This document shows, piece after piece, positions 33,877 to 38,192 of a stretch of DNA of 38,192 nucleotides. A program made the translations under genes and the position numbers. The stretch lies in the NCBI GenBank assembly GCA_003990765.1, contig RBNJ01000167.1, positions 1-38,192 of the forward strand. The letters run 5' to 3'. The DNA comes from Jimgerdemannia flammicorona (Eukaryota). The stretch's first letter is position 1, and the number at the start of each line of letters is the position of its first letter. The notes beneath the pieces were generated by a model. It did no database searches, had not been told where the DNA came from, and was given only the letters and a program-made list of their open reading frames with translations.

Positions 33877-35916
33877 TGTAAGAGGGTTGCTTTTTAGGGT
33901 AACTGTTATGTAGTTCTGGAAGGGTTTTCTAGAGGTTCTGGATATTCTGGAAGACCGTTTTCTTATGGTCAAGATCAATTTTGTATGGAGTATGTCCTCT
34001 ACGCTTATTGATTTTAAGATCAGATTGACATCTCAACCAAAGTCCTTTTTCGGACTAGTTCTGGATATTCAGGATTGTCCGTATTTCAGGAAGTTCAAGA
34101 AACTAAGACTAGCTTAGTTGAATTGGCATATCGCTGCAGACAATACCCAATTAGGAAATTTCGTGATGGGGTTAGGAATGGGACCTAACAGAGAGTGGAT
34201 TTACTTAAGAGTGGTTTGTGGGTTATAGAATAGGTTTATTTGCTATTCATGATATTGCTATACTAGAAGTAGTTGTGTGAAGAGATATTATAGGGAAGTA
34301 TTCAGGAATGTTCTTGTGTGTTTGAGTCTGTTTAAGTCTGAGATTCTGAGGTCTGGGAGAGGGGGTATTTATACTAGTGAGAGGCTATCTGGATTATGCT
34401 AGATATGGATGTAGCACTAAGTGCTTTGCTGAGTTGGAATGCAGTCATATAGTATAAGTATGATCTGACATGTCAAGAGATTGTCTGACTGCTGAGTCAG
34501 TTTGCAGTTACATCATACAAGGCTAATCTAATTATACTATAACTGCTAGGCTATTTATGGGTTTAGGCGCTGTCTGGGTAGTCCTTGATGACATCACCAT
34601 TGATTGTATCATCTCTGATGAAGTAGTCATCTAGGAAGAGTGGTTCATGGATTACTTCTCCTTGTTCGCTGAGGTAATAGTACATTGAAACTTCATCTCT
34701 ATCCCACAGGATAGCATCGTTTGTCTTGTATGCTGGATAAGGTGTTGGTGGGCGAAGGATGGGTGTATTGTCTTCACTTTCATCAGATTCACTATCTGCA
34801 TACCTTCTATAGGTTACAGCACTATGAGTTGCAGGATTGTAGTAAGCTGGCGGCTGTGGTTCATATCACTCGTACTCAGGTGGTGGAGTGGTTGGTTCAA
34901 TCTTGAGAGTTGTCTGAAGGTACAGGTTGTGTTCTCTGGTCTCTTCATTGTAGTTGAAGTAATCGGGGGTGAATGCAGGTTGGTATTCATGCCAGTGGTC
35001 ATTGTCCCAATAAGTCTCATATGTAGTTATGAACTATTGTAAGTTCATCGGCAAGGTTGGTGGTGTGACCAGGGTTGGCAGAGATCCTTGGCTAGAGGTC
35101 ATGTTGATGTCAGAGGGATCATTGTCTTCTGCTTCATCTTCATCGAAGTGGATTATATCATAGATGTCCTTTATGGTGTATCCAACTTGGGGCATTTGTA
35201 GGATATGATCATTGGGGTGTGGGAAGGTTCTTTCTGTGGTTTTGACGTACTTGAGGTACTTCTGGTTGAGTTCTTGTATCATGTCATCGATTTGGCCATA
35301 GGACAGAGTAGCAACCATTTCACTGGTAGTAACTTGGAGGTGGGGAATAACGGTGTTGTATTTATAGAAGAGTTCTCGATGCTTGCGGGCGATAAGCTTC
35401 TGGTGTTGAGACATCTGGGTAATGTCTGTATCATGGTGGTGTTCAACCATGTCTTCCAGGAGGCGGCCGATCTGGTAGTAGCTTGAGATTTGTCTGATTC
35501 GGTGGACCTCGCTAAGCATGTTCAGAGCATTCTATCAGGCTTCTACGAAGTAGAGGGGTGCTAGGCTATGGATATTCATGAGGGGCAGAGGGGGTGTGGC
35601 TTGGTTGACAATGGCATTCCAAATGTCAGTGTGGATACGGTTGTAGATTTCAGTGGTCATATTTGTGTGTTTGGAAGTTGTGGTTGTTGTTTATTTTGGT
35701 TCTCTAATTTGATGCATCTCAGTGCTCGGTATATATGCATTTGGTCCTGATTGGTAAGGTTCTGTTTGTGTAAATCTTGTGTTCCATGACTTCATATTGA
35801 CTCATCTTTGTGCACTGTGATTTCGGTTTGACTCAGCTTTGTGATCAAGCAGATGATTTCCAGATTTGTCCGGAGGTCATGTGTAATTTTGGTGGCTTGG
35901 AGGTTGTGCACTTACA
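33877..35916 (-). repeat. 5' LTR of copy D (2040 bp)
   Basis: Direct repeat of 25330-27368, followed by the PBS. Confidence 0.95.
34563..35660 (-). pseudogene. LTR ORF copy in D 5' LTR (1098 nt)
   Basis: Same start and stop positions as the other full copies; internal stops. Confidence 0.8.
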
Positions 35917-37680
35917 ACTATTTACTATAAGGACAGATTGTATGTCTCAAATAACTGAGACCTCCAAAGGACTATCCTATTTGAATGTCATGATGCTCCT
36001 ATAGCTAGATATTTAGAATTTGACAAATACTATAAAGTTATCTCCCAAAACTTCTATTGGTCCTATATGGCAGATCAGCTCAAGACCTACATAACTTCCT
36101 GTAATGCCTGCCAACAGAACAAGTCCTCAATACTAGCAAAACCTGGCCTACTTCACCCTATCTCAGTACCATCTGCAAATTGGAAACAAATCTCTATAGT
36201 ACAACTACCCCAGATCAAGAACAAGAAAGAGCAATTGTTGTCTTTGTAAACTATCTCAGCAAGCAAGCCCACTTCATGCCAATTACTACTACTGCAATAG
36301 CACTAGACATAGCCACACTCTTGTTTGACAACATCTTCTACTATCATGGTCTTCCTAAGATTATTATTAGTGATCAAGATCCAAAATTCACCAGCCATTT
36401 TTGGAAAGCCCTCCATACATACCTTGGAACAAAACTTATACTATTCACAGCCTTTTACCCTGAAACTGATGGCCAAACTGAAAGAATGAACTGAACTCTG
36501 AAACAAATGCTAAGAAACTATGTTTCCTACAGACAAGATGATTGGCATAAATACCTCACTACAGTCAAGTTTGCCTATAATAATAGCAAGCAAGCCTCTC
36601 TGGTAATGATCCTATTCTTCACCAATACTGGACAAAATCCAAACACCCCTCTGACACTTATCCAAACTACTGATGAACCCTCTACTGTTGAAGCCATTGA
36701 AGAATTCCTGCTCCAAATGTGCAATCTAAGCCAGATTGTGATTGGAAACTTATCACAAGCTCAAGAACAACAGTTACAGTATATCAATCAGTACTGCTAA
36801 GAGGAAATTTTTGATATTGAAGAAAAGGTTCTATTGGATATTTGAGGATACTGAGTTGATAACCTCAAGTACAGACTATCTACAAAGCTGAACAGCAAGT
36901 TTATTAGACCATTCAAAGTTATTGCACAAGTCTCTCTGACCTCCTACAAATTGGCACTACCAGATACTATTAAGGTCCACCCAGTCTTTAATGTTCAATG
37001 TCTCAAGCAATATAATAAAAATGATGACAAACTATTCCCAAACTGAACTACAGAACCACCTGCATCTGTTACTATTAATGACTAAGAAGAGTACAAAGTT
37101 GAACAAATCCTTAATAAACATAATAACAAGAACTACTCTGAGTACTTTGTCAAATAGAAAGGTTATCCAATCTATAATGCAATATGGGAACCCAAGACAA
37201 ATCTCCAGAATGCTACTGACTTAGTTCAGGAATATGATTCCTTGAACAACTAAAACTGAATATCTGACACCTATTAGTACATACTATATATTACTCTTCT
37301 GAACATTATAACTATTATAAACAAAATCAAAAAACTCAGCAAGTCAAGACAAAGAAATACCAACCTTCTGGAAAAAACAGCAAAACTGAAAGCAAGCCTA
37401 TTCTTTCTATACCACTAGTGAGAAATGAAGTATAGACATTTAAGAAGATTCCTTAGAGGAAATTCTCCAGCAGTGAATGATGTCAGAATCACTTTTAGTA
37501 TATAGTATTGAACATATGACCCTTTAATATATGAATCCAATATATTAGGAAACTGTACTATGAGTATACCACTTTCTGAAAATGGACTTTACTGGACTTT
37601 TGACCTCCCAAATGGTGTAATAACACTAGAATAAATTAGAAGGCCCTGACAAGGATGTCAAAAGCTAAGAAGGAGAGAGT

Positions 37681-38051
37681 TGTAAGTATACAACCTCTAA
37701 GCCACTGAAATCACATATCACTCTCAGAACAAGCTACTGAAATTACATGCAACCCCTGAACAAATCTAGAAGTCACCTGCAAGATCATGAAGCTGAGTCA
37801 AACTGAAGTCACATTGTACAAAGCTGAGTCAATACAAAGTCACAGAATATAAGACTTACACAAACAGAATCTTATCAATCAGGACCAAATACATATATAC
37901 TAAGCACCAAGATACATCAAAACAGAGAACCAAAACAAATAATAACTACAACTTCTGAATATATACAAACATAACCACTGAGATCTATAACTATATCCAT
38001 ACTGACATTTGGAATACCATTATCAACTGAGCCACACCCCCTCTGCTTCTC
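37681..38051 (+). repeat. Partial 3' LTR of copy C
   Basis: TGTAAG start after the PPT; homology ends at a T13 run. Confidence 0.9.
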
Positions 38052-38192
38052 TTTTTTTTTTTTTATAGTCACTTGGACTCCTTTATTCCACTGGTCTAAA
38101 AATAACACTATCCATACATCTCTACGATCATCTTAGAACAACAATGAACCCAACCCATGACTATATATAACAATACAAAGAAGAACCAATTA
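38052..38192 (-). mobile_element. 3' end of a polyadenylated retroposed insertion (LINE or retrocopy)
   Basis: Minus strand shows AATAAA (38082-38087), 17 nt, then A13 (38052-38064). Unrelated to the LTR it interrupts. Confidence 0.6.

Larger units (their letters stand above)
25330..35916 (-). mobile_element. Full-length Ty3/gypsy copy D (10,587 bp)
   Basis: LTRs 25330-27368 and 33877-35916, PBS, PPT, perfect TSD ACTAT (25325-25329 / 35917-35921). Confidence 0.97.
22817..38051 (+). mobile_element. Ty3/gypsy copy C (outermost host; 5' part outside window; interrupted by copy D)
   Basis: 22817-25329 is dUTPase C-half, PR, RT and RH; 35917-37253 is IN-chromodomain; then PPT and partial 3' LTR from 37681. 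Looks the most decayed. Confidence 0.92.

Noticed and set aside
5466..35916. Large inverted or segmental duplications, or misassembly, as the cause of the repeats
   Set aside because: Each inner copy has exact LTR termini, its own 5 bp TSD and private substitutions, consistent with separate integrations.

Overview
Eukaryotic, probably fungal, transposon-dense DNA with no intact host gene. Positions 1-4988 look like the end of a hAT DNA transposon: an intron-containing BED-finger transposase pseudogene on the minus strand, a divergent unknown two-exon pseudogene, hairpins and subterminal repeats. Positions 4989-38051 are a nest of five insertions of one Ty3/gypsy chromovirus-type LTR retrotransposon family. 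Host copy C (+) contains copy B (+) and full-length copy D (-, TSD ACTAT). B contains full-length copy A (-, TSD G[C/T]CTA) and a solo LTR (-, TSD TACAA). A poly(A)-tailed insertion truncates the last LTR. The family is unusual in three ways. (1) Its ~2.03-2.08 kb LTRs each carry a 365-codon ORF of unknown function in U3, exactly 1098 nt in four copies, with two PPxY motifs and its own TATA/AP-1-like module. (2) A complete dUTPase sits between the Gag zinc knuckle and the protease. (3) A long AUG-less frame extends gag upstream into the LTR. All copies are decayed by C>T/G>A transitions. Everything was read by eye; no database search was run, so novelty claims are untested.
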